Shown: positions 9,789 through 19,901 of the stretch, piece by piece
How the letters are laid out: every line of letters starts with the position of its first letter
Position numbering within the stretch: position 1 is the first letter of the stretch
DNA from: an uncultured delta proteobacterium
GTDB taxonomy: Bacteria > Myxococcota_A > Polyangia > Haliangiales > Haliangiaceae
NCBI GenBank assembly: GCA_963848295.1
Contig: CAWKDB010000010.1
Location: 160,001-224,000, forward strand
Reading direction: 5' to 3'
Length of the DNA stretch: 64,000 bases
Notes under the pieces: model-generated
Told to the model about the DNA's origin: nothing
What the model saw: only the letters and a program-made list of their open reading frames with translations
The model's database searches: none
Position numbers and translations under genes: made by a program

Positions 9789-11567
9789 TCAGCGCGCCTT
9801 GAGCCAGGCGTCGGCCGCGAGCTTGACGTCTGCGGCCTTGGCACCGACGTCGATCGCGACCGGGTCGCCGGTGATGTTCTGCAACGCGCGCTGCGCGAAG
9901 TAACGCACGAGCGGATATTGATGGGACAGCATCGGCACGATCGCGGCGACCGCATCCTGGGTCTTCGCTTCGCCGTACGTCGCGATCGCGACCGCTTGCT
10001 CGTGTGGCTTGCCGAGGATCAGCGTCGCGCGCATCGCGTTGACGCCGAGGTCATCGCCGTAGAGTTTCTTCAACGCACCGCGATCGTAGTGCTTGCCCCA
10101 CCAGGTCTCCATCGTCGACGCGAGCTGCTCGACGCTCTTGTCGACGTGACACAGCGCGCACTCGAGCGGGCGATCGCGCTCGACCCGCGCCGGGTCGTCG
10201 GGCGAGCCGATCCGATGGTAGCGATTCAACGAGTATTCGAGCCCCATGTTCTTCTTCGCCATGTGGCACGCGATGCACGACGTGCCGGCGCCGCCGAGCT
10301 GGTGATGACTGTGGCGCGCGAGCGCGTCGTCGGGCGCGTACTGCGCGTGGCACGTCGTGCACAGGTGATTGCCGGCCGGGGTCGCCATCGCACGCAAGGC
10401 GTCGCGCGAATCCTCGGTATGCGGATCGTGGCAGGTCGTGCACGCCATCTGCGTCGCGCAGCCGCCGAGCTGAAAGTCGCGGCCTTCGCCCGAGCTGATC
10501 GAGCTGCCACCGGGTTCGAGCTCGCGCCGCTTGTGGCCTTCCCACGTCCACGGATACTGCGAGAACAGCACGGTGTGGCACTTCGCGCACGTGTGGTTGA
10601 TCAGCTGCGCCCTCGTGCCGGTCATGCCTTTCGGCGGCTCGACCTCGATGACCGGGCTGAGCGCCGCGAACGACGGCTTCACGCTCGGATCCTCGGCATG
10701 CGCGCGCGCGCCGTTGTGGCAGGCCTCGCAGCCGATGCCGAGCTCGACGAGATGAGCGGCGTCGAGCTTGGCCTCGGTCGTCGTCGCGGCGGCGGCGAGC
10801 GTGGCCTTCAGCACCTGCGGCGTCGGATGGGCGGGCGGCGTCCCGCCGAGGAACGTGATCTCGGTCGACAGCGCCTCGACCAGCGCGACCGGATCGCGCG
10901 GGGTCGCCGACCACGTCCGGGTCTTCGGCAAGATTCGCTCGGCGGTGCGGCCTTGATACGGCGGACCGCCGGGGCCGTAGAGATCGTCGAACAACATCGT
11001 CGCGAGCGGCAGCGTGTTGTGGCAGGTGATGCACTCCTTCGACCACTGGCCCGAGTACGACATCCGCGGCCGCTCCGGCACCATCACCGAGTAGCCTTTG
11101 TAGCGCCACGTCTTGGTCGAGAACACGTAGGTCGCGGGCAGCACGCGCTCGACCCCGGTCACGGTCGACGGATCAGGCGCGCCGGTGACGTCGACGCCGA
11201 CGAAGTCCTCGCGGTAGCGACCGCCGACCACCTTCGTGATGCGGAACTGGTGATCGCCTCTCGGCGAGGTCAGCTCCATGTAGCGCGCGCGGGCTCGGGT
11301 CACCATCGTGACGCGATCGTCGCCGACCGAGAGCTGGGCGCCATCGAACGGCGCGCGGATCGTCGCGGTCGCCGCGTCGCGCGTCATGTCGCGCATCGGC
11401 GACGTGGCCCAGGTCGCGTAGATCGTGCCGTGGCAGTCGGCGCACGCGGCCGAGCCCGCATAGTCGGCGCGCATCACGTTGCTCGCGAGCGCGGGTCGCG
11501 GTGTGGGCGCCGGCGCCGGGTGGCAGCCGGTCACGACGATCGCGGCGGCGACGGCGACGGATCTCAC
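9789..11567 (-). CDS. Octaheme cytochrome c lipoprotein with C-terminal HEAT-like repeat
   Basis: Lipobox VTGC; 8 CxxCH motifs (CADCH, CITCH, CEACH, CAKCH, CTTCH, CTTCH, CIACH, CALCH); C-terminal YPLVRYFAQRAL. Confidence 0.85.
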   Translation of the reverse strand: MRSVAVAAAIVVTGCHPAPAPTPRPALASNVMRADYAGSAACADCHGTIYATWATSPMRDMTRDAATATIRAPFDGAQLSVGDDRVTMVTRARARYMELTSPRGDHQFRITKVVGGRYREDFVGVDVTGAPDPSTVTGVERVLPATYVFSTKTWRYKGYSVMVPERPRMSYSGQWSKECITCHNTLPLATMLFDDLYGPGGPPYQGRTAERILPKTRTWSATPRDPVALVEALSTEITFLGGTPPAHPTPQVLKATLAAAATTTEAKLDAAHLVELGIGCEACHNGARAHAEDPSVKPSFAALSPVIEVEPPKGMTGTRAQLINHTCAKCHTVLFSQYPWTWEGHKRRELEPGGSSISSGEGRDFQLGGCATQMACTTCHDPHTEDSRDALRAMATPAGNHLCTTCHAQYAPDDALARHSHHQLGGAGTSCIACHMAKKNMGLEYSLNRYHRIGSPDDPARVERDRPLECALCHVDKSVEQLASTMETWWGKHYDRGALKKLYGDDLGVNAMRATLILGKPHEQAVAIATYGEAKTQDAVAAIVPMLSHQYPLVRYFAQRALQNITGDPVAIDVGAKAADVKLAADAWLKAR

Positions 11568-11600
11568 GTCGCGGTTGTACCAGTCGGCGAGCGGCGGCGG

Positions 11601-11885
11601 CTAGCGCGCCATCGCGACGAGGTAGCGCTCGATGTACGCGCGATCGACCGGGCCGAGGTTCGCGCGCGCCGACATCTCGTCGAGCTTCCTCGGCCAATCG
11701 ATCGCTGAGTGCTGGCTCGGCAGCGGGGCCATATGGCAATTGCTGCACTTTTCGATCAACAGCGAGCGCCCGCGCTCGAGCTCGGCCAGCTGCACGTGCG
11801 TCCGACTCGCGTCGCTCGCGGTCACCAGAGGCGGCGCACCGGCGCTGCATGCCGCGAGAGCGAGGGCAGCTACGGCGAGCTTCAT
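11601..11885 (-). CDS. Small monoheme cytochrome c lipoprotein
   Basis: Lipobox LAAC; CSNCH; downstream Met as possible axial ligand. Confidence 0.8.
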   Translation of the reverse strand: MKLAVAALALAACSAGAPPLVTASDASRTHVQLAELERGRSLLIEKCSNCHMAPLPSQHSAIDWPRKLDEMSARANLGPVDRAYIERYLVAMAR

Positions 11886-11890
11886 CGACT

Positions 11891-11907
11891 TTGAAAGTAA
11901 TATTCAA
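11891..11907. promoter_or_regulatory. Fur-box-like 17-bp palindrome
   Basis: TTGAAAGTAATATTCAA, AT-rich, 5 bp upstream of the cytochrome ATG; 2 mismatches to the deltaproteobacterial Fur consensus WTGAAAATNATTTTCAW as I recall it. Confidence 0.6.
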
Positions 11908-11941
11908 TTCCCTCGAAGTCAACGCAAAGCTCTCACCCCCT

Positions 11942-12042
11942 AAGTTGACAATAGCGACAGCGTCACCAACATTATGCTAACGATTCTGGACACTTCGACT
12001 CGGATCGAAAACGGCGAAGTTGACAAAAGAGACAGCGTCACC
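11942..12042. repeat. Pair of 26-bp direct repeats
   Basis: AAGTTGACAATAGCGACAGCGTCACC (11942-11967) and AAGTTGACAAAAGAGACAGCGTCACC (12017-12042); 24/26 identical; 49-bp spacer. Confidence 0.85.
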
Positions 12043-12052
12043 TTCGATCCCT

Positions 12053-13794
12053 TCAGATCGAGATCGAGCCTTTGCGGAAGTCGGTGCGCCGGAGATGGAC
12101 GTTGATGCAGACGGGGCGGCCGGCCTTGGCGATCGCCTTGGCTTCGGCGAGGGTCGCGTCGATGCGCGCCGGATCGGTGAGGACGAGGCCGACGCCGCCG
12201 TAGCCTTCGGCGACTTTGTGATAGTCGGTGCGCCGGAGCTCGGTGCCGAGCGCGGTGCCGAGCATCTCGACTTGCTCGCGCGCGATCTGGGCCCACGATG
12301 CGTCGTTGCCGATCACCGCGATCGGCGAGACGCCGTGGCGGACGTAGCTGTCGAACTCGGCGAGGGTGTAGCCGCTCGATCCGTCGCCCCATAGCAACCA
12401 GATCTCGCGACCTGGCCGGACCATGCTCGCGCCGAGCGCGAAGCCGCCGCCGACGCCGAGCGTGCCGAACACGCCGGGATCGAGCCAAGACAGCGGCGCG
12501 CGCGGCCGCACGATGTAGCTCGCGGTCGCGACGAAGTCGCCGCCGTCGACGACGAGCACGGAGTCGTCGGCCATCGCCTCGTCGACTCGCATGAAGAAGT
12601 GCACCGGATCGATGAGCTCGCCGGTCGGCGCGGCCTTGCTCGCGATCTCGGCGTCGCGCTTGGCTTCGCGCGCGCGCAGCTCGCCGAGCCAGGGCTGCCA
12701 GCGCGCGGTGTCGCGCGTCCCGCCGGCGTCGGCGAGGGCGATCAGGAACTCGCCCGCGTGCATCTCGACCGCGATGTCGGGCTTGCGATTCTTCTTGAGC
12801 TCGGTCGCCGAGAGGTTTGCCGCGACGAGCGTGCCACCGCGGTTGATGCCGCGCCCGTAACCGAGCCGAAAGTCGAACGGGAACCCGCACACGATGACGA
12901 GGTCGGAGTCCTTGAGCGCGGCGCCGCGATTGTGGCGAAATTGGAGCTCGTGACTGCGCCCGAGGAGACCGCGCGCGGTGCCTCCGAGATAGACCGGTGC
13001 GCCGAGCGTGCCGAGCGCGCGCGCGAGCCGGCCCGCATCCTTGACGCCGACCAGCGCCTGACTGCCGACGACGATCACCGGCTTCTCCGCCTGCGCGAGC
13101 GCGGCGTTGACCTTCGCGATCGAGCCGTTGCCGCGCAGCTGCGGCAGCGCCGGGAGATGAACCTCGGGGAGCGCGGGCGCATGGAATTGCCGGTACAGAT
13201 GGCCCTTGATGTAGAGCTCGAGCGCCTTCGCGCCGATCCCCTTGGCTTTGCCGACGCCCGCCTCTTTGGCGTACAGCTCGCGCACGATCGCCTCGGGATA
13301 CAGCAAGTCGAGCGGCACCTCGATGAACACCGGCCCCGGCACGCCCTCGGTCGCGATCGCGAACGCGCGCTCGACGATCGGCCCGAGCGACGGCACGGTC
13401 TTGACCGCGGTCGCCCACTTCGTGATCGGCTTCATCACCGACAGCTGATCGATGTCTTGCAGCGAGCCGCGGCCCTTGAGCAGCGTCGCCGTCGCACCGC
13501 CGAAGATCACGAGCGGGGTCTGCGCCATCTGCGCGTTCTTGATCGCGGTGATCGTGTTGGTCACGCCCGGGCCCGGCGGTCACCGCGGCGACCCCGACGG
13601 TGCCGGTCATGCGCGCGACCGCGTCGGCCGCGAACACCGCGTTCGCTTCGTCGCGAACGTCGACGACGCGGATCCCTTGCGGCCTCCGCGCCGGTCAGGA
13701 TCGGCGAGATATGACCGCCGCATAGCGTGAACAAGTGGGTCACGCCGTGACGCGCGAGCACCTCGGCGATGATGTCTCCGCCATGTTGCGACAT
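12053..13794 (-). CDS. Thiamine-PP enzyme, ILVBL/2-hydroxyacyl-CoA lyase (acetolactate synthase-like); apparent frameshifts near 13680 and 13570
   Basis: [13 protein letters not shown]...[22 protein letters not shown]...[27 protein letters not shown]...GNDASW ThDP motif; pieces fall in three frames. Confidence 0.85.
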
Positions 13795-13840
13795 GGCGCG
13801 TACAATAGACTGCAATCGTCGCTAAGGTGCTCGCGGCAAC

Positions 13841-14702
13841 GTGTCGAACCTCGTTCTCTATTCGATTCCCGCGTTCTTGATCTCGATGGTGCTCGAGATC
13901 GTTCTGGGCGCGGCGCCATTCCGAGGTGCGCGGCTACGCCAAGAAAGACACGCTCGCGAGCCTGTCGATGGGGCTGCTCAACGTCGGGATCTCGGTGATC
14001 GCGAAGCTGGGCTCGTTCGCGTTGTTCGTGTGGGCGTACGAACATCGCGTCGCCGATCTTGGCCAGCCGTCGAAGTGGTGGTCGTGGCTGATCATCTTGT
14101 TCGCCGAAGACCTTTGCTACTACTGGTTCCATCGCATGCACCACGGCGTCCGGTTGCTATGGGCGGCTCACGTCAACCACCACTCGAGTCAGTACTTCAA
14201 TTTCTCGACGGCACTGCGCCAGCCGCTGTTGACGCCGTTCACCGGCCCGCTGTTCTGGACGCCGCTCGCGCTCCTCGGGTTTCCCCCGGTCATGATCTTC
14301 ACCGCACAGGCGTGGTCGCTGATCTATCAGTTCTTTCTCCACACCGAAGCGGTCGACAAGCTCGGCCCGCTCGAGTGGGTGATGAACACGCCCTCGCATC
14401 ACCGCGTGCACCACGGCAAGAACGTGCCGTACCTCGACCGCAATCACGCCGGCGTGTTCATCATCTGGGACCGGATGTTCGGCACGTTCGCTCCGGAGCG
14501 AGAGCGCGTCGTGTACGGCCTGACGAAGGACATCCACACCTATCGACCACTCCGCATCGGCTTTCACGAGGTCGCCGCGATCGCTCGCGACGTCGCGCGC
14601 GCACCCGATCTGGGTGCGAAGCTCGGCTACCTGCTGGCGCCGCCCGGTTGGTCGCACGATGGCAGCTCGAAGACCGCGCGCGAGCTCCAGCGCGAGCTGT
14701 GA
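13841..14702 (+). CDS. Fatty acid hydroxylase/sterol desaturase family (alkylglycerol monooxygenase-like); apparent frameshift near 13910-13925
   Basis: His boxes YYWFHRMHH, WAAHVNHHSS, FFLHTE, TPSHHRVHHG; WDRMFGTF. Confidence 0.85.
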
Positions 14703-15154
14703 CCGGGATTCCGCACGGCTCTGACTTGGAGGCGGACCTCGATCCGCTCCGATTTTCGGCTCCTTGTTCCCTGTTTTCTGATCGTCAGGTTCTGCGACCC
14801 ATCCGATTGGTCCGACCATGCTCACGGCCTCCAGCGCGGCGCCACTCCCGGTCTCCGATGCCCTGTCTTCCTATCTCCGATACCCGGGAACCCTGGACCC
14901 CGCCCCCGCGATGTCCCCCCATCTCAGCTGTGACTCATCGCAACTAGCTTGAATTGGTGCGCAAACCGCTGCACAACGCGTCGCGATCTCGATCGAGCCG
15001 GATCTATATGAAGGGGCGCTCGAAACCTCCAGAACGCGTAAGTAGTTGATCGTGCACTTCGCGTCCTCGCATTTTCACCCGTTTAGGCCCTGGGCACCCG
15101 AGGCCCCATCTGGGGGTTAAGCCCTCAGCTTGGGGTGGGACATTGGATCCTAAT

Positions 15155-15174
15155 ACCTCATGTTTTCATGAGGT
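15155..15174. promoter_or_regulatory. Perfect inverted repeat, possible operator
   Basis: ACCTCATG-TTTT-CATGAGGT, 28 bp upstream of the sigma-54-type GG. Confidence 0.45.
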
Positions 15175-15201
15175 TGAAATCGTGGGGGCCGCGATCCCTG
15201 G

Positions 15202-15217
15202 CGGCACAACGGTTGCT
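15202..15217 (+). promoter_or_regulatory. sigma-54-type -24/-12 promoter
   Basis: CGGCACAACGGTTGCT: GG 15203-15204, N10, GC 15215-15216; at the end of a ~600-bp lower-GC intergenic region. Confidence 0.65.
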
Positions 15218-15318
15218 GTACGATTGCTCGCATGCTCGTTGGAACTCACATGAGAGCCCAGCTGTCGCCGCTGAAGTCGCGTCGGGCAATGCTCGATACG
15301 CTGCTGAAGCACCTCGAC

Positions 15319-16531
15319 ATGGTTCGCCTGTCTGTTGGCGCGCTTGCGATCGTCATGCTCACCCTCACCGCCTGCAACGGCCTGATCACGGCGCCGGGCG
15401 GCGGCGGCGATGACGACGGCCTGACCCCGGAAGAGCGCATGGCCCAGCAGCTGTGGCTGTCGGGCGCGCTACCGGTGTTCAAGCAGCCGGCGCCCGCGGG
15501 CGGCGACTGCGCGAGCTGCCATGACGGCGGCCCCGCCGCCCCGACCGCCGCGCTGCCCTATGCGTTCCTCGCCGGCGACTCGGACCTCGCGATTCACGAC
15601 ACCATCGTCGCGTTCAGCCCCGCGGTGGTCGACCTCGATGCGCCGTCCTCGAGCCGCGTGATCGTCAAGGGCGCCCACGAAGGCCCCGCGATGACGACCG
15701 ACCAGCAGACGCCGGTCCTCGCGTGGCTCATGGCCGAGCAGGCCGCGCAGGCAGCTGGCAGCAGCACCACCGTGCTGCTTCCGAAGTTCACCCCCGCGAT
15801 CTGCCCGTCGGGCACCGACGCCTCGGCGTGCCCCGTCAACACGATGACGCTCGACGCCGTCGGCGGCACGGGCGCGACTGTCACGTTCATCGCCTACGCG
15901 CTGAACGACACGCTGTACGTGATGAACCTGTCGATCAACGGCGGCCCGAATGGCGTCTACGTCGAGCACCCGCTGTTCGTGTCGTATCCCGCCGACCCGA
16001 CGGCCGACCCGATCCCCGACAACCTCGATCGGTTCTTCGCCATCCAGGATGATCAGGCCGCGACGACCTCGACCCTGCTCGGCACCGCGGCGTTCGTCGG
16101 CTTCGACCCGACGCTCCAGATCTCGATTCAGTTCAAGACGGTCGGCGCTTACCAGCCGGACATGGGCGGCACGATGCCGCCGAGCGGCTGCCAGCAGCTC
16201 GCCGACTTCAAGGCCGACGCGCAGGGCCCGATGACCACGAACTGCCAGACCTGCCACTCGAGCAAGGGCGCGACGAAGAACGCGAGCGCGATGGCGTCGA
16301 TGGACATCACCGGCATCGAAGCCACCGACGACCCGACCATCCTCACGGCGTGCAACCAGGTCCGCACGCAGATCAACTTCCAGCAAGTCGCGATGAGCGG
16401 CTTCTTCATCTCGCCGAACCCGTCGGATGCCGACGGTCACCCCTTTAAGTTCGGTAACAACCAAGGGAACTTCAACACGTTCCAAATCGGCGTTGATGCC
16501 TTGGGTTACCGCGGAAGCCACGTCCCCGTAA
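15319..16531 (+). CDS. Diheme c-type lipoprotein (unknown function)
   Basis: Lipobox LTAC; CASCH and CQTCH. Probable extra base near 16501; corrected end DAWVTAEATSP-TAA (16529-16531) leaves the next RBS free (uncorrected ORF ends 16545). Confidence 0.75.
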
Positions 16532-16541
16532 AAGGAGCCCC

Positions 16542-17724
16542 ATGAAGAGGATCTCATTTCTACTCTTGGCTACTGCGCTAGCGGCGCCTGCCTGTACCGG
16601 CAGCGTCGGAGATGGCTCGGGCTCCAACGGCTCGGACGGGTCCGACGGATCCGGAAGTGCCGATCAGTACCAACAGGTGCTGAACAGCCGCGTCGTCGAT
16701 TACAACGCCGCGCTGCGCATCGCAGCTCTGCGTTTGACCGGTGACCTGCCGACGATGGCAGAGATCAACTCGATCGCGAACGCGCCGGATGCGGCGACGC
16801 AAGCGACGACCTACCAGGGCCTCATCCAGCAGTACATGAGCCGCCCGGCGTTCGCCCAGCAGATGTTCTACTGGTGGCGCGACACGATGAAGATGGGCGG
16901 CACCGCCGTCCTCGACACCGCGCCGGCGTTCGCCGCCGAGCTCGCCGTGAACAACGGGTCGTATATGGACCTGTTCACCGCGACGAGCGGTAACTGCCCG
17001 ACGTTCGACGGCGTGTCGACGTTCACCCCGGCGACCTGCACCAACGGCGGCCCGGTCTCCGGCATCTTGACGAACCCCGGCGTGCACATGCAGTACGTCT
17101 CGAACTTCGCGTTCCGCCGAGTTCGCTTCGTCCAAGAGGTGTTCGACTGCTTGAAGTTCCCGGCGGAGGTCACCGCGACCCCGACGGACCTCGGCGCCGG
17201 TATCGCGCCGTACACCAGCCCGTGGGACTTCGGCAGCATCGCCGGCACCAACGCGGCGCTCAACATCAACAACGGCGGCACGATCAACTTCCTCGATACG
17301 TCGGCCGTCATCTGCGCGAACTGCCACACGACGATCAACCACATCGCGCCGCTGTTCGCGTACTACGACGCGAACGGCATGTACCAGACGTCGATTGCAG
17401 TGACGACGCCGGCTGTCGGCTCGCCGCTCGCGAAGATGACTGACTACCTGCCGGCCGGACAAGCGACCGCGTGGCGCTACCAAGTGCCCGCGGCCGGACA
17501 TCCCGGGCCTCGGCGCTGACATGGCGGCTGACCCCGCCGTCGCAGCCTGCGGTGTCGCCCGCGTTTGGAACTGGGCGCTCGGCAAGACCGACATCGTCGA
17601 CGCGCTCGAGACCGTGCCGAACGACACCATCCAAGCCCAGATCGACGCGTTCACCTCGGGCGGCTACAAGATGAAAGACCTCATCTACGCCGTCTACACC
17701 AGTGACGACTTCGTCAAGTTCTAA
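16542..17724 (+). CDS. DUF1549/DUF1585-like lipoprotein with one CxxCH; apparent frameshift near 17505
   Basis: AGGAG RBS; lipobox APAC; LRIAALRLTGDLPTMAEI...MSRPAFAQQMFYWWRD (DUF1549-like); CANCH; C-terminal VAACGVARVWNWALG...GGYKMKDLIYAVYTSDDF. Confidence 0.7.
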
Positions 17725-17734
17725 GGAGGCCACC

Positions 17735-18409
17735 ATGACCAAAATTGGATACACCCTGGCGATCCTGGTCGCGTCCGTGGCCCCTGCTTGCACGGACGAT
17801 CTGACCCCACCCAATCTCCCGCCCCGCGGGGTCGACGTCCGGCGGAACCGGAACCACGTTCGACCACGACAACGACGGAATCTCTCCGTGGGACCTACTC
17901 CAACGCATCGAAGTGGAAGGCCCGCCGAGCTTCACCTCGCACATGCATAGCTGCCCCAAAGTTAGGGTCGCTACGCTCGGCAACATGCTCACCTCGCTCG
18001 GTATGAACCGCGCGAACACGACGTCGCTGTCGGCCGGTGAGCTCTACAACGACGGTCAAATCGCGCTCGGCGATCGCGAACTTCCCGAACCGCATTCGAG
18101 AGAACCTCGACATCACGACGTCGGGCGCCTCGAAGGAGTTCGACATCTTCGCGGCCGGCGCACCCGAGACGATGGCGTCTATCACGGCGGCCACCGGCGC
18201 TATCGCGGCTCGCTGCCCCGGTGTTCGAGCTGTTTGACGCCAGCGGCAACTGCACGCCGAGCGGCGTCACGCTGCATCATCGGTGTGCCGGCGATCAGCG
18301 ACCGAGCTGGACCTTTGCAACCTGACGGTTCAACGCGCGTCGACCCCGGCTACTCGGACAACAGCTAGCCGTCGCAGCCATGCTGGCTGCGGCTTACACC
18401 TGCGAGTAG
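17735..18409 (+). CDS. Cys-containing hypothetical lipoprotein (several apparent frameshifts)
   Basis: AAGGAGG RBS; MTKIGYTLAILVASVAPAC; coding-like segments continue through SHMHSCPK to AAMLAAAYTCE-TAG. Confidence 0.6.
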
Positions 18410-18421
18410 GAGACACCCACC

Positions 18422-19822
18422 ATGGCTAAATCACCTTTTGCTAAGCGCGAAGAGCGCACGGAGCTCACCCGCCGTGCCCTCATCAAGTGGAGCGTGGCTG
18501 CAGGTGCAGCGCTGGGCGTCTCGCGCTCGAAGATCTTCGATATCCTCGAGAAGACGGCCGGGAAAAGCGTAGCCGAAGCGGCTTCGGCTGCCCTCACCCA
18601 CCGCTACGTCGGCATCGCTGCCGGCAACGGCGGTCTCGCATGGTTCACCTCGTTCTGGCCGCAGAACGCTGTGGCCGCGGCGAACAACGCGAACTACGCG
18701 GTCATTAGCCGGGCTCGTCGCTGCTCGCCGGGACGGCCAAGCCGCTGACGGTCACCGCGAACACGCCGTGGATGAGCATCCCGGCGGCGAATCAGGTGAG
18801 CGTGTTCCAAGCCGGCAACAACGAGACGCACACCCAGCAGATGGTCTCGCCGGTGAGCCTCAACGGCTCGAACATCTGGTCGGTCGTCAGTGCGTTGCAG
18901 GCTCGGCGCGTCGGCGGTCATCCCGCTGATTACCATCGGCAACGTCGACGTCGGCACCGCGGCAGGCGCGGCCCGTCCGTCGAACGTGAACAACGGCGAC
19001 GGCATCGTCGGGTCTGTTCAACAGCGCGGCCTCGCGCGCTGGCGGCTTGCTGTCGAACCCCGCGGATGCGGCACTGTACAAAGCGCACTACGATGCGTTC
19101 ACGCAGCTCAACCGCGCGGCGAACCGGTCGACGACGAAGATCAGCTACACGCGGCCTCGGGCGCGGCTGGCTTCCTCGGTACGAACCTGTCGGCGGCCCT
19201 GTCGATCACCGCCGCTGACCTCACGCGGTACGGCATCAACGGCAACACGCGGACGAACGTGTCGGATATCGGCCGCGCGCTGATCGTGACGGTCAAGGCG
19301 TTCAAGATGGGCTTGACCAACGCGGTCATCCTCCCGGCGATGGACGACGACCCGCACGGCGCGTTCGACGGCGGCGACATCAACATCGTCCCTGGCCAGC
19401 TGAAGGGCGTGTTCGACGGCTTCATGAACGACCTCGCGGCTACGGTCGACGACTCGTCGCAACTCGCGCTGTCGGCGGACACCGTGATCTCGATCCACGG
19501 CGATACGAACAAGGACCCGATGACGAAGGCGGGCTGGCCCGACGGCACCGCGAACAACAGCAACACCGTGTTCGTGTACAGCGCGGGCGAGCTGAACTCC
19601 GGTTGGTACGGCGGTTACACGATCGCCAACAACAAGGGAACGGCGATGGGCTTCGACAACACCGGCGCCACCACGACGTACAACGGCACGATGGCGGCCA
19701 CGTACGCGACGTCTGCAATCGCGTATGCGGTGGCGAAGCGAGATGATCGCGCGGTCGGTGCATTCGAGAACGGTCTGATCACCGTCTCGGCAGGCATCGG
19801 TAAGCCGCCGACCGGCACCTGA
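18422..19822 (+). CDS. Tat-exported DUF1501-like protein (several apparent frameshifts)
   Basis: AGGAG RBS; twin-Arg signal LTRRALIKWSVAAGAALG; GNGGLAW, DDDPHG, DTVISIHGDTNKDP and GWPDG resemble DUF1501 motifs. Confidence 0.6.
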
Positions 19823-19844
19823 TCGACGGTCGGATTCTCGACCG

Positions 19845-19885
19845 ACGGCGCCAGCTGGACCACCAGCGGCGCCGTTTTGTTTTTT
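19845..19885 (+). terminator. Rho-independent terminator
   Basis: ACGGCGCC-AGCTGG-ACCA-CCAGC-GGCGCCGT hairpin followed by TTTGTTTTTT. Confidence 0.8.
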
Positions 19886-19901
19886 CGGCTACGCTGCGAT
19901 C

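Noticed and set aside
11942..12042. Mini CRISPR array
   Set aside because: Only two repeats, a 49-bp spacer, and no cas genes in the window; kept as an unexplained repeat.
12053..13794. ilvB (biosynthetic acetolactate synthase)
   Set aside because: No ilvN/ilvC neighbours, and motifs ([13 protein letters not shown]-x-FGTLGVG) fit the ILVBL/HACL2 clade better.
14703..15150. Riboswitch, ncRNA or tRNA in the long intergenic region
   Set aside because: No cloverleaf or riboswitch consensus recognised by eye; an Rfam/Infernal scan is needed to exclude it.
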